From NCBI GenBank assembly GCA_030141605.1, contig JAQGDQ010001507.1, positions 1-37,313 on the forward strand: 37,313 bases of DNA. The letters are read 5' to 3'. Source of the stretch: Tubiluchus corallicola. Lineage: Eukaryota > Animalia > Priapulida. This document shows, piece after piece, positions 1 through 10,056 of this stretch (positions are counted from its first letter, which is position 1; every line of letters begins with the position of its first letter). Both the position numbers and the translations under genes were made by a program. The notes under the pieces are model-generated. The model saw nothing but the letters and a program-made list of their open reading frames with translations. It searched no databases and was not told the origin of the DNA.

Positions 1-222
1 CTATACAATCAAGTAGCAGATGGTCTTGTTTATTTCACTCAGGGTGCTAAAGACTTTGCTCCTGATCCTGCTGTGATTAATATCAATTGGATTACTGGTA
101 TTGACAGGAAGGCGACTATAGCTAAAAAACATAGTCACTGGTTCTTGGATAGTGACAATAAGACATGTCTAGAGATTGATTTGAACAGATATCGCATGAA
201 AACAAGTTTTAAAGTGCAATAG
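1..222 (+). pseudogene. 3' end of a nucleotide-diphospho-sugar transferase (PF03407/GT77-like) gene copy; 5' part lies outside the window, so status is unknown
   Basis: Frame 1 is open: LYNQVADGLVYF...DPAVININWITGIDRKATIAKKHSHWFLDSDNKTC...VQ*. This fits the family C-terminal 'P.vi..Nwi.G...K...ak....WFL' pattern and is the reverse complement of 2809-3030. Confidence 0.7.
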
Positions 223-355
223 TTTTGACGAAGCCTAAAGCTTATCATACAGTTTTACAAATATGCAAACAAATGTGCTTAGCAAGCAGTTTTATCATAG
301 TTGTCATTCATGGACAATGACACTGTGGTGTCATTCATATTGCACAAACTTGTTG
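1..355. repeat. Left arm of an inverted duplication (partner 2592-3030)
   Basis: 1-355 is the reverse complement of 2592-3030, with scattered substitutions and an ~85-bp segment (~2712-2796) present only in the right arm. Confidence 0.95.
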
Positions 356-566
356 CATAAAGAGTGGGCATTGACCTAGTTACGTTTTTCATTATGCTGT
401 TCTGTAGTATGAGTGACCATGTGTCTTGTACAAGCTAGTGAAATCTTTCATTAGATATATGCCGCAACGATGTAAGTTTACTTCTATTAATTTTCATTTT
501 TATTTATTTACTGATATTTATGAATAACTGTCAATCTAACTAAACTACGTAACTTTTCATAAAATT

Positions 567-716
567 AGCCAATGTCAGTCACCTTTGCCTTTCTATTTTA
601 ATTTTTAAATATTGCAGAAATAAAGATCAGTGGTTTACATAAAAATTCAACTGAGACTTTTGAAGTTGTCATAAATGCCTCTCAGAGACACTAACATTTA
701 TTTATCGGCAAAATAT
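567..716 (+). repeat. 150-bp direct repeat, copy 1 (partner 2333-2482)
   Basis: agccaatgtcagtcacctttgcc...tttatcggcaaaatat occurs nearly identically at both positions. Confidence 0.95.
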
Positions 717-742
717 CTACATGACAAGTGGGCTATTAATGC

Positions 743-1274
743 TGTAAAACTATTTCGCCAAGCTGGGACGGGCCACCATTTCGAGACTTCAAGGTCGCAC
801 GTACACTCACATGGTTTACATTGCTTGAATTATTGATCGCCCCCTAAAGAAGCCAATGCGGGGTCAACTAGAGTACCGCTTATCTTCCACCTTGCTACTT
901 AAAGTTCACAGGCAAGAACCTATGAACTGAGTTAGATATTTCCCACTAAATATGAAGTGAGAAATTAGTGAATGAGCTCTGTGGTGAAAGCTGGGAAAGA
1001 GATTTCAAACACTTGTTCAAACCTCGCAGTTCTAAGGCCTATTATGTTATTGAATGCTTGCTCTTATATTATTATGTTGCTATTATAGCCAGTTTTGTAT
1101 TTATCAGCTGTTTTAATGTTGCTGTCCGCTTTAGGTATTCTGCAGTACGTGGCCCAGATAAAATTTCTCGTATCTACGTTAAATGTGTGAAAATACCGTT
1201 ATACAGCAACAGATATACCGAAAAATAGGTTGACAACTACAGTTACTAAACTGCACGTTTGTATAGGAGTTACA
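743..1274 (+). mobile_element. Candidate LTR of a BEL/Pao-like retrotransposon
   Basis: It is bounded by inverted TGTAA...TTACA termini and ends ~120 bp upstream of a gag-like ORF. No partner LTR or clear PBS is visible. Confidence 0.35.
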
Positions 1275-1395
1275 ATATTTACTGTTGCATAATTACAGTT
1301 TTGTAATTTTGAGTGTTGTACTTAATTTATCATAATACTTCCCTTATTGATTTGCAAATAATTTTGCCAAATTATAGCAAATTAGCAGGTACAAC

Positions 1396-1872
1396 ATGAA
1401 TTATCTGGAAAAGAAAAATGTAAAAGAATTAAGAGAAATTCTCAAAGAAAAGGGATTGTCGATGGCAGGCCTAAAAGAGCAACTCATCTCACGCCTTAGA
1501 AATGCGATGGCCCAAGGAGAAAGTGACAGTGAGCAGGCAGCTTCTAGCCTTAAAAGTGCACGTAATGCTCAGAGTGTCAAGACAGATGCTCATTCAGCTG
1601 CTTCATCAGCGTCAGTGCAGCGTGCAGCTGCCGAAGCCAAAAAAGCATCCCTCCTGATAAAAAGGCAAGCTTCGGTTGATCAAGTAAAGCTTGAAGAAGA
1701 GGAACTTAAGCTTGAACAAATGAAGAAAAATCTAGATTTAGAGAGGAAGCAGTTTGAGACACATGCTGCAATCTATGCTCAATTTGAGGAAGCACGCTCC
1801 AAGCGCAGTGAATGGTATGGAAAAGGTCACTGACTGGGTAAATCGAGGTAAAGGCAAAGATAACGCAATATT
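1396..1872 (+). mobile_element. BEL/Pao-like gag N-terminus with SAP domain and coiled coil (probable frameshift near 1790)
   Basis: SAP motif LEKKNVKELREILKEKGLSMAGLKEQLISRL, followed by SSASVQRAAAEAKKASL...EEEELKLEQMKKNLDLE, which resembles the Ser-rich/coiled-coil stretch of BEL/Pao gag N-termini. Confidence 0.6.
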
Positions 1873-2332
1873 GGATCAAGTATACATAACTCTAGCTACT
1901 AATGGCACATATGGTAAGGGAGCTTTGGTATTAGCACAAACTCTTAAGGATAGTGGTACACGACGTAGTTTAGTCATTATGGTCACACAGAAGGGTGTAT
2001 CACCTGCTTTAATTACTTTACTTCAGGATGTTTTTGACGAAGTTGAGGAAATTGAAGAATGGCGGAGTGGTGACCATGATGCAGTCCTCCTCCAGCGGCG
2101 CCCAGAATTAGAGGTTACATATTCGAAGCTCTACTGCTTGTCTCTAACACGTTATAATAAAGGAGTGTTTATGGATGCTGATACTATTGTGTTACATAAT
2201 ACTGATGATCTTCCAAAATGAAGAGTTTGCAGTGGCTCCAGATGTGGGATGGCCAGATCTCTTTAATAGTGGAGTATTTGTCTTTAAAGCTAGTATGGAT
2301 ACTTACAGACAATTGATATCCTTCACTGCTTC
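1873..2332 (+). pseudogene. GYG1: Intronless, frameshifted, 3'-truncated glycogenin (GT8) fragment
   Basis: DQVYITLATNGTYGKGALVL...RPELEVTYSKLYCLSLTRYNKGVFMDADTIVL..DD/FQNEEFAVAPDVGWPDLFNSGVFVF is colinear with glycogenin residues ~3-155, including the DAD motif. There is a frameshift at ~2210 and it stops just before SFDGGDQG. Confidence 0.93.
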
Positions 2333-2482
2333 AGCCAATGTCAGTCACCTTTGCCTTTCTATTTTAATTTTTAAATATTGCAGAAATAAAGATCAGTGGT
2401 TTACATGAAAATTCAACTGAGAATTTTGAAGTTGCCATAAATGCCTCTCAGAGACACTAACATTTGTTTATCGGCAAAATAT
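2333..2482 (+). repeat. 150-bp direct repeat, copy 2
   Basis: Near-identical to 567-716; begins where glycogenin similarity ends. Confidence 0.95.
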
Positions 2483-2591
2483 TATCATTGACGATTGGTT
2501 TTGTGCTTTTGATATTTTCGTTTGAGCCAAATTTGGATAAATCGAAATTGCCGACCAAGGAAGCTGCAGAGCTTCATCTGGATAAGTATAA

Positions 2592-3030
2592 CAACAAGTT
2601 TTTGCAATATGAATGACACCACAGTGTCATTGTCCATGAATGACAACTATGATAAAATTGCTTGCTAAGCTCATTTGTTTGCATATTTGTAAAACTGTAT
2701 GATAAGCTTAGGCCATGTCAGTAAATGCCTTAGCTGTTATGATCTGAACAGCAGGGCTAAAAGTATATTACTCAAATAACACAGAATATTTGATCTGCTT
2801 CATCAAAACTATTGCGCTATAAAACTTGTTTTCCTGTGATATCTGTTCAAATCAATCTCTAGACATGTCTTATTGTCACTGTCCAAGAACCAGTGACTAT
2901 GTTTTTTAGCTATAGTCGCCTTCCTGTCAATACCAGTAATCCAGTTGATATTAATCACAGCAGGATCAGCAGCAAAGTCTTTAGCACACTGAGTGAAATA
3001 AACAAGACCATCTGCTACTTGATTGTATAG
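2592..3030. repeat. Right arm of the inverted duplication (may extend further once sequence upstream of the window is available)
   Basis: Reverse complement of 1-355. Confidence 0.95.
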
Positions 3031-3772
3031 GTATTAATCGCACTTTGCATTTGCATAGCCCATTTTGCATAAATTATCTAAAACATCTTGCTCGTATTAA
3101 TGCCTAAAATCATTTTCTAATCTTTGTGTCATCTCACCCACATATGACGGACACTAATCGTATTGTTGACGAACATGAACCCCACAGAAATGTTATAATT
3201 GTCAAGTCTTTCGCCAACAAGAGAGACTATCAAATCAACTCCACTGTGTTCTTCAAGCAGAGGTATAGGGTTTTTCAACCACACTGCATCTGTTTCAAAG
3301 ATGTGAAAAGCAATTCCATGTAAAAGAAGTTCGTGAAACAACCGTATTCGTTCTAGAATTATATACCTGTAACCAGCACTGTCAAATTCGTATTTCATTT
3401 TTAGTGGTTTTTGAGTTCTGTGTTTGTACACTTTCAATATTTGGACAAAAACTCTGTAGAATCACACTGGTATCCTCATCTGTAGCAACTGTTATAATCT
3501 GATCTAATATTCCAATCATTCTAATATTACATATCCTTGGTTAGCAATGGCAACATAAGGTATTTTGCCATTGGCAGTGATAATTTTGCACAAATCAATT
3601 AACTTTACCGGGTTCTTTACCACTTTGAGGCTTTCCATTTGCTTAGGAAGCAGCGGTCCTTTCTGTGCATTAACCTACTCGTACTTAATATAATTTTTTC
3701 ATCAAACCAAAACATAAAGGCGACCATAAGAACTCCAAAGAGTAACTTAGATAAACGCCTGTGTCCCCTCAT
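2809..3772 (-). pseudogene. Nucleotide-diphospho-sugar transferase (PF03407/GT77-like) pseudogene, type II membrane, single coding exon
   Basis: ATG at 3772, preceded by an acceptor-like ttttacatacag. It reads MRGHRRLSKLLFGVLMVAFMFW (TM), PYVAIANQGY, CNIRMIGILDQIITVATD, FETDAVWLKNP, NISVGFMFVNNT, EQDVL and NWITGIDRK...HWFL. Several in-frame stops and frameshifts (~3530, ~3436, ~3135). Confidence 0.85.
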
Positions 3773-3984
3773 TTCAGAACTGTATGTAAAACCGAGAAAT
3801 CATATGCCACATACCGCTATGTGCAACTAACAACAACTGCCAAAAAGGTAACGAAACTGCCTTATTGACTATCATATCGAAGTTCGCTAGCTTACGTTGG
3901 TATTTTTCAAAAATGTGGCAAACTTAACTACCAAATGTTTGTGTAAATTTGTTTATTTGCAGATGAAAAGTAAATAAAACAATA

Positions 3985-4190
3985 ACATCAACAGTCTTTG
4001 CGTTGCCTAGTTTATGGTATTCTGTACAAATTGTCAACGTTTTTTTTTTGCAGTAACCAATGAGTTGAACAACGTTGGTTTTGTGTTGGAATTTGATGTA
4101 GTTTTCTAACATTGTCGTCAAGTTACCGTCCACTTTGCATGTCCTTTTTATTGTGGCCATGACGATTGTCCGGTTCTTCCACGTTACTAG
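3985..4190 (-). pseudogene. POMK: Protein O-mannose kinase (SGK196)-like kinase fragment
   Basis: VTWKNRTIVMATIK...FQHKTNVVQLIGYCKKKTLTICTEYHKLGNA resembles POMK's 'EWK..KVA.S.L...Q..HVV.LLGYC....TMLTEYHPLGSL'. The C-lobe is absent. Confidence 0.6.
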
Positions 4191-4462
4191 GGCAAACAGC
4201 AAAAGGAAATCTTACAGATGAAAGAGTAACTCGAATGTGATGATTGTGATGTCATCATTAGCGCTGTTGGTGCTGCTGTTGTTGCAACTTCCGCTGATAC
4301 TACTATTGCTAATGACGCTGATGTTGTAGCTGCTGTAGTTGTCGCTGCTGAAAATGAAGGCGCTGCTGTTGCTAACGATACTGCTGCTTTACTTTGCTGC
4401 TGCAGTAGCCGTTCTTGCTGCCGTGTTTTAAGTAGTACAATGAAGAGTAAATAATAAATCAT
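4187..4462 (-). other. ORF with hydrophobic N-terminus and Ala/Thr/Ser-rich (GCA/ACA triplet) low-complexity stretch; possible anchor plus stem of the adjacent kinase relic
   Basis: MIYYLLFIVLL then AAVSLATAAPSFSAATTTAATTSAS, directly upstream of and co-oriented with the POMK-like fragment. Confidence 0.3.
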
Positions 4463-5515
4463 GAATCGACTGTAACGTAAACTGAATCAAATTTAGAGTT
4501 AATTAAGCTAAAAACTCTTTCAACATGGAAAAACTCATTATTTTTCAGTTCACACTTTTCACGACATGTTGTGTAAACAGTCTAGAAGGGGGGATTATGG
4601 AAGCAGGATATATAAGCAGTAGAACATCCTAATAATTTAACATGTTAATAATTCTCCGAAATCGTTTAAAGAAATTGTTCGACTCTTCTAGTTCACTAAT
4701 AAATGTCAGACTTTTTAAAGGACAAGAATAGGGGCACCTAAAATAGGTTTCAAAAAAATTGCCCTAAAATTTTGTTACTTCACAGCAATTTTATGCACAT
4801 ATCGTACACGCGTTGAAAAGAATTTTTACTTGATGCATTTTAAATCTCACACAATACTGTTCCAGCGTCACCATTACATGACGTCACTGTGCAAGCGTAA
4901 ATCAGGGAAAGAACGGAGATGTTAAATTATGTCCCCAAAACTTTCCATGCAAAACTATATTAGTTAGCATTTCGCTTACCTGCTCGAAAGACTTATGTAA
5001 CTAGAAATAATAATAATTTAAAATGTTCGTGCTAATTGGCAAAATGTCACTGGCAATGAAGAGAGTATGTTTAATCCTATTTACAAGTTACAGTAATTGA
5101 CAGTGTATGCTACGAATTCTCTGATTATTTTTTCAAACTTTACTCAGTGTTATCTAAACTTGTTTCAGTCAAAACTGGAACAAAACTGTCGTGTTTAAAC
5201 TTACACATTATATACAGAATTAGGGCCGATGCAACTTTTACATGCATCATGTAAGTTGTGTAAAATTTCAAGACGATTTTTTAACCTAAAAGTATGTTGA
5301 GGGTCTCTTGTGTTTGAAGAAAGCTTTCACAGTCTACTTTGAGTTGCAGGTAATTAGCTGTTAACTACTAAGCTAGATGACACTTGTGGTGATGAAAAGC
5401 ACAAGACATCCTTAGTAGAAAATAGTTAATTAACAAATACCAGTTTTGAGCCACCAGAGAGAGAAAATATTTTCTTTTGTACTACCTTTTGTTAAGTCAT
5501 CACAGTTAAAGTCAT

Positions 5516-6265
5516 TACTTTACACGAGCAAAAATTAACGTGCAAAATTTTTTGAGAGGCCTTTGCTAGTCTAAATAATTAATTTCTGTGGTATATTGGG
5601 TATGTTTGATTGGAAGTTCCATTTTGAACGGTTCTCGCTTAGGCAATTACGTAGAAACGCTGACGGTGCAAAATGTTAAAACGTATCCTTTTCTGACAAT
5701 TATGTAGAAACGCTGATGGTGCAAAATGGCAAATTGTATCCTGTTCTGACAATTACGTAGAAATGCTGACGGTGCAAAATGGTAAAACACATCCTGTTCT
5801 GGCAATTACGTAGAAACGCTGACAGTGCAAAATGGTAAAACACATCCTGTTCTGGCAATTACGTAGAAACGCTGACGGTGCAAAATCGTAAAACATATCC
5901 TAGTCTGTCTACATTAAAACACTGATAGAGCAAATTTATCACCTGTTTTCTGAGTAAAACCCTGACAGACCAGAATATTATGCAGGTACAGTGACCTAAA
6001 AGCATAGTGGAAACTTTACAATATAACTGCTGCAAATTTTACCTACAGATTTAGTGAAGGCATACATGCAAGGTAAATTCAGCAATTTTCATACAACGAA
6101 AATATAAAGCAAATAGAATATCACCTATTCACGGATTAAATTTAAAAAAAGATTGCGCAAAGAAAAAGCATAATGAAAATAAAAAAGTTTGAACTACCGC
6201 ACAGACGAAATCATTTAGCAGAAATTTTTTAGCTTACGTTTCCTAACAGGAAAATGTTGAAAAAT
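5516..6265 (+). mobile_element. Arm L1 of a putative DNA transposon with subterminal 53-bp tandem array
   Basis: Begins tactttaCACGAGCAAAAATTAAC. It is near-identical to 25000-25720 and inverted-homologous to 14971-15580 and 36059-36530. Confidence 0.75.
5644..5910 (+). repeat. 53-bp tandem repeat, 5 units
   Basis: Unit caattacgtagaaacgctgacggtgcaaaatggtaaaacacatcctgttctgg at 5644, 5697, 5750, 5803 and 5856. Confidence 0.95.
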
Positions 6266-6681
6266 CAACCACCCTGGTGGCCTCGGCGATTGGGACAAAA
6301 AAAAGCATCTCTGCCAAAAATTACGCCACCTCTGCTAAAGCACCTCAAGTTCAAACAAACAATGGCAAGGCGACAACAAATCAAGAAAAGCCGCAAACCA
6401 AAAGTGCCCAATTAAGCAAGAAAATTTGCATATTTTGCAGCTCAAAGGAGCATTCTTCTCTTGGACGGTGTGAAGCTTTTGCAGCTATGGACGCCCAAGA
6501 TAAGTTGACGTTTGTGGGCAAGGAACGCCTCTGCTTTAATTGTTTGGCAAAAGGAAAACATAGAGCAGCTAGATGTTTCAAACCGTCTTGCAGTGTTAAT
6601 GAATGCATCAAGAAGCATTCAGCTTTATTGCCCGATGCAGTCGGGAGGCTGAGCAGCTCTTCTTCAGATGTTTATAGGCTT
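6266..6681 (+). mobile_element. BEL/Pao gag zinc-knuckle fragment, copy 1
   Basis: Triple Cys/His cluster CIFCSSKEHSSLGRC...LCFNCLAKGKHRAARC..PSCSVNECIKKHSALL, typical of BEL/Pao gag. Confidence 0.88.
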
Positions 6682-7667
6682 GCCAATAAAGTTACAATGA
6701 GCGTTCTAAGCATACACTTTGCAATTTACAAAAAAAGAGAACCGAAGTTATTTATTTTGTGTAACATTTATTCTAGATTTTTGCATCTTTATTTGATTGT
6801 GAATTAGTTATTCTCGAGGGAGAAACCGATGGTACTGTAACACGTAATCAAGTCGTAATAAGTAGAAACTGCAACGCATGTGCTCCACTGTTCAGTTGTA
6901 ATAAAGTATTTGTTTTTTAGTCCATGAAAACCTATACATGTACCTATTTAAGTGCACGTGTTTATTTACTCTGAAATTTTGTTATTTTCATTTAGCTAAC
7001 TGTACTTTTTATGTAATTAGTGTGTAATGCAAAGCATTGCCTGTGTCTTACTTCTCGGATCTACTCAGAACATAGTTTTCAATAAGCCTAAAAATATTTA
7101 TGCAATATGGCATTTATAAATATTAGTTGTTTGCTTGGCTGGGTAAATAGTGTTTCTCAGAAAGCTGGTTATCATGGGAAAGTCTTTTTCAACTGGTCAT
7201 TTGTCCTGTTGAGTTATCTAAGACTGTGTACTTGCACCTATTTTAATTTTGGATTTATCGATGGTATCACAGAAACTGCACAGGCTTAACAACAATTGCC
7301 CAACTACAGACTCTTCTATTGTTAAAGACCTGGACGTTATGGCAAATCAAGATTCAAAAACAGAATAGCATTGCATTGAAATTTATTCTAATTGCAAATG
7401 GAATAACAAATATGATCTTTCGCATTTTTAATAGAAGAAATGCTTTTCTTATAATGTATTTGAAGTCGTTGCTAGTTGGTTGTACTGTTACCACATTATA
7501 GACACAGTCACTGTATTTTGACTTAGATTTTATTTGAAGCCTACTAAAAGCTTTTTACAAGAGCACTCACTGAACAAAAAGTAACCATTGCCTCAAACTG
7601 TATATTGGAAAATTGAAAAAAGTGCTTTTTCTTTCCCAACCATGTTGTTCACGTATGATGCTGTCTA

Positions 7668-8350
7668 CCCTGGTCGGTAAATGGCGCACCTTTGGTCACA
7701 GCTAGCGAACTAAATTTTTTTAAATAGAATTTTTGAAAAAAAAAAGAAATTTTTTGAATTTTTATAAAATGGCTTGTGTACTATAGTCTACTATAGTCAT
7801 ATGTATGTATGTTGCTTTTATCGTTTTATAAATTATTTTTTAATCCTTCTTGGCCTGTTGAATAGCTTGTCTGGTGTATATTTTATTGATCGCCAGCTTG
7901 CTACAGCCTAAGAGAACCCCTCTGCTGTGCAAAGTTCCAGGAAGAGCCAACCCACTAACAAAGAAGAAATTAAGGCCATTTCCTGTCTTAAACTCCTTAA
8001 AAATAAAGTAGACTTGAGACCAAAGTGTATCAGAGTATTGCGTCAGCAACACAGAATTTTCGTGCATTAGCAAATTTCACACAAGTGATACTGTACATTG
8101 TCACAGTCCAAAAACTGCAGATTCTGAGTGCTTTTTCTTTTTTCATAAAAAATCAATTTTTAGTTTGTCTAAGGTAAGCAAATGCAGAGCAGAGACTTAC
8201 AAAAATAGCAAATCTAATGTAATCTCTGCATGGATGTGAGCTGTTTTAATGCACACAGCAAAATTCAGCAAACGCTTAACATCCCGTAGTTAATATTATA
8301 AGCAGTTTAAAATAAGCGGAATAAATTTTGTATCCACTTACTGACCAGGA
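7668..8350. mobile_element. MITE-like non-autonomous DNA element (~680 bp)
   Basis: Left end ccctggtcggtaaatgg versus right-end reverse complement tcctggtcagtaagtgg. No ORF of note inside and no clear TSD. Confidence 0.5.
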
Positions 8351-8533
8351 ATAGTGTTATTTTGTAAATTAAGTACACACCATGATTATTCAGCTATCTC
8401 TGTCACGCCATTTATTTGCTTACTCCCTTTTTCATCATTTTTTTCTTTTGAAAAGTTTATCTTATTTCTAAAACCGTTTCCTAACTTTAATAACATATTG
8501 ATGTTTTAAATGAAGTGGTGCCAAATTTTCTAG

Positions 8534-8635
8534 CTCAGATAACGGAAAGTCGTGGAAAAGAATTGATTATAATTAAACCACAAACTAATACCTTGGCAAA
8601 TCGATGGAAAATCTCATCTGAGATGATGACAGAAG
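8534..8635 (+). other. Orphan candidate exon (102 nt, phase 1-1)
   Basis: ttttctag acceptor, open frame QITESRGKELIIIKPQTNTLANRWKISSEMMTE, and an AG|gtaagc donor. Confidence 0.35.
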
Positions 8636-9982
8636 GTAAGCAGTATTGGATGCTTTTAGAAAAGGCGTTTTGCAAAACCGTGTGGAATATGCGAGTACGG
8701 TATAGGGCACGCAAGGTGAGTTAGGGAAAAAAGTGGCAAGGGTAAAGAGGAACAATTTGAAAATTCAACATGAATATCTGATGCTTGTGTGTTGTAAGTC
8801 GTATAGCACTGTCGGAGAACAATGATGAGCAATTTTATTGTGATTTTACATTTTTATTTTTGCTTTATGTCATTTTTGCATGAGAGGAATACATCTCTGT
8901 TTTGTTACTTTTTTGACATCCAATTTTATTAAGTATAAATTTTTGTCTGTATGTAGGCGTTTTGCCATCAATTGTTAATACATGGAAAGTTTCTTCTGTT
9001 GTTGAAAGTTACCGTCTCGATATACCAATTAATTTTTTTTATATATTTTTTAAATTTTTATTTTTTTTGCAGTGTTTGGGGCGAGAAGTGTATCAATGAC
9101 TTTATTATAATTAAATTTTACATTCATAATCGTAATACAGTAAGCACTGCTTAATACACTCAATCGCTTGACTGACTCAAAAATTCTGTTACGGGCTGCT
9201 TCTAGTCAAATGTACATAAAAACTTTCGTTATTGACTCATATAACTCCGCATAATTGACTCAATATTTTTTCACGTGTTTAAAATAAGACAATTGTAACT
9301 ACCAAAAGAGCCTTTCCTACTTTGATGTCATCTTTATTTCACTTTTCTATAACATAATAGAAACAATAACGTTAAGTACCATTTTGTTTGGAAACAGGTA
9401 CCTTTATCGTGCGCTATAAAATTGGTATGAAGAAATATAATTTCTAAAGATGATTTTCCTGAAACCCTCATCGGGCTGCCCTTTCTTGTCATTTGAGCGC
9501 TGCCTACTGTCACTTATCTAAGATTACAACTCACGTTCGGTTATCTGTTGATCCAATGACTTAAGATTCCACACCTCAAGACCCCTAAGCTACCGTTTAA
9601 TTCAAAAGCTGCTAGGGCGGGATCTATAGGCAAAAACACAAAGTCACGCCTCTAGCTCACTAGGGCAAGCGGTTTATCCTCCACCCAAATTTCTAGAATT
9701 CCTGACCTAGACCAGTATTGATAAACCAGCACAAAAAACAGTGCAGTAAAAGCCAGAAAAGAGCAAATAAATCGTCACGTGACTTAATGTGAGTAAACTT
9801 TGCTGATTTTTGGCGAGAGAATGTTTGTGATGTTGATCAGGAGTTTTTAGTGGAGAGACGTTCCTGTTTACATTGGTTTTGCTTCAGAAGGAAACTCAAG
9901 GTTGAACGATGTTTCGAAGCTGACGACAATATTATAAAAGAAACACAAGACACCTCTTGCTTTAAATATTTATTCATTTCAG

Positions 9983-10056
9983 CTGTTTTAGTTTGTGATG
10001 ATGACATACTCATCGGTGAAGAAGACTTATTAAGAGCATATGGGTTATGGATATTG
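9983..10056 (+). other. Orphan candidate exon (74 nt, phase 1-0)
   Basis: ttcatttcag acceptor, open frame VLVCDDDILIGEEDLLRAYGLWIL, and a TG|gtaagt donor. Confidence 0.35.

Noticed and set aside
1396-2408. Functional glycogenin gene
   Set aside because: It is frameshifted at ~2210 and truncated before the GDQG motif and the acceptor tyrosine region.
1-3030. Inverted duplication as an assembly artefact
   Set aside because: The arms differ by multiple substitutions and an ~85-bp indel, unlike a read-foldback artefact.
5644-5910. 53-bp arrays (also at 15.3, 25.1 and 36.2 kb) as CRISPR arrays
   Set aside because: The units are contiguous with no unique spacers, there are no cas genes, and the context is eukaryotic transposon sequence.
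9774-9783. GTCACGTGAC palindrome (E-box/CLEAR) and TGACGTCA (CRE) at 4879-4886 as promoters
   Set aside because: These are isolated short motifs with no intact downstream gene, and such motifs are common inside DNA transposons.
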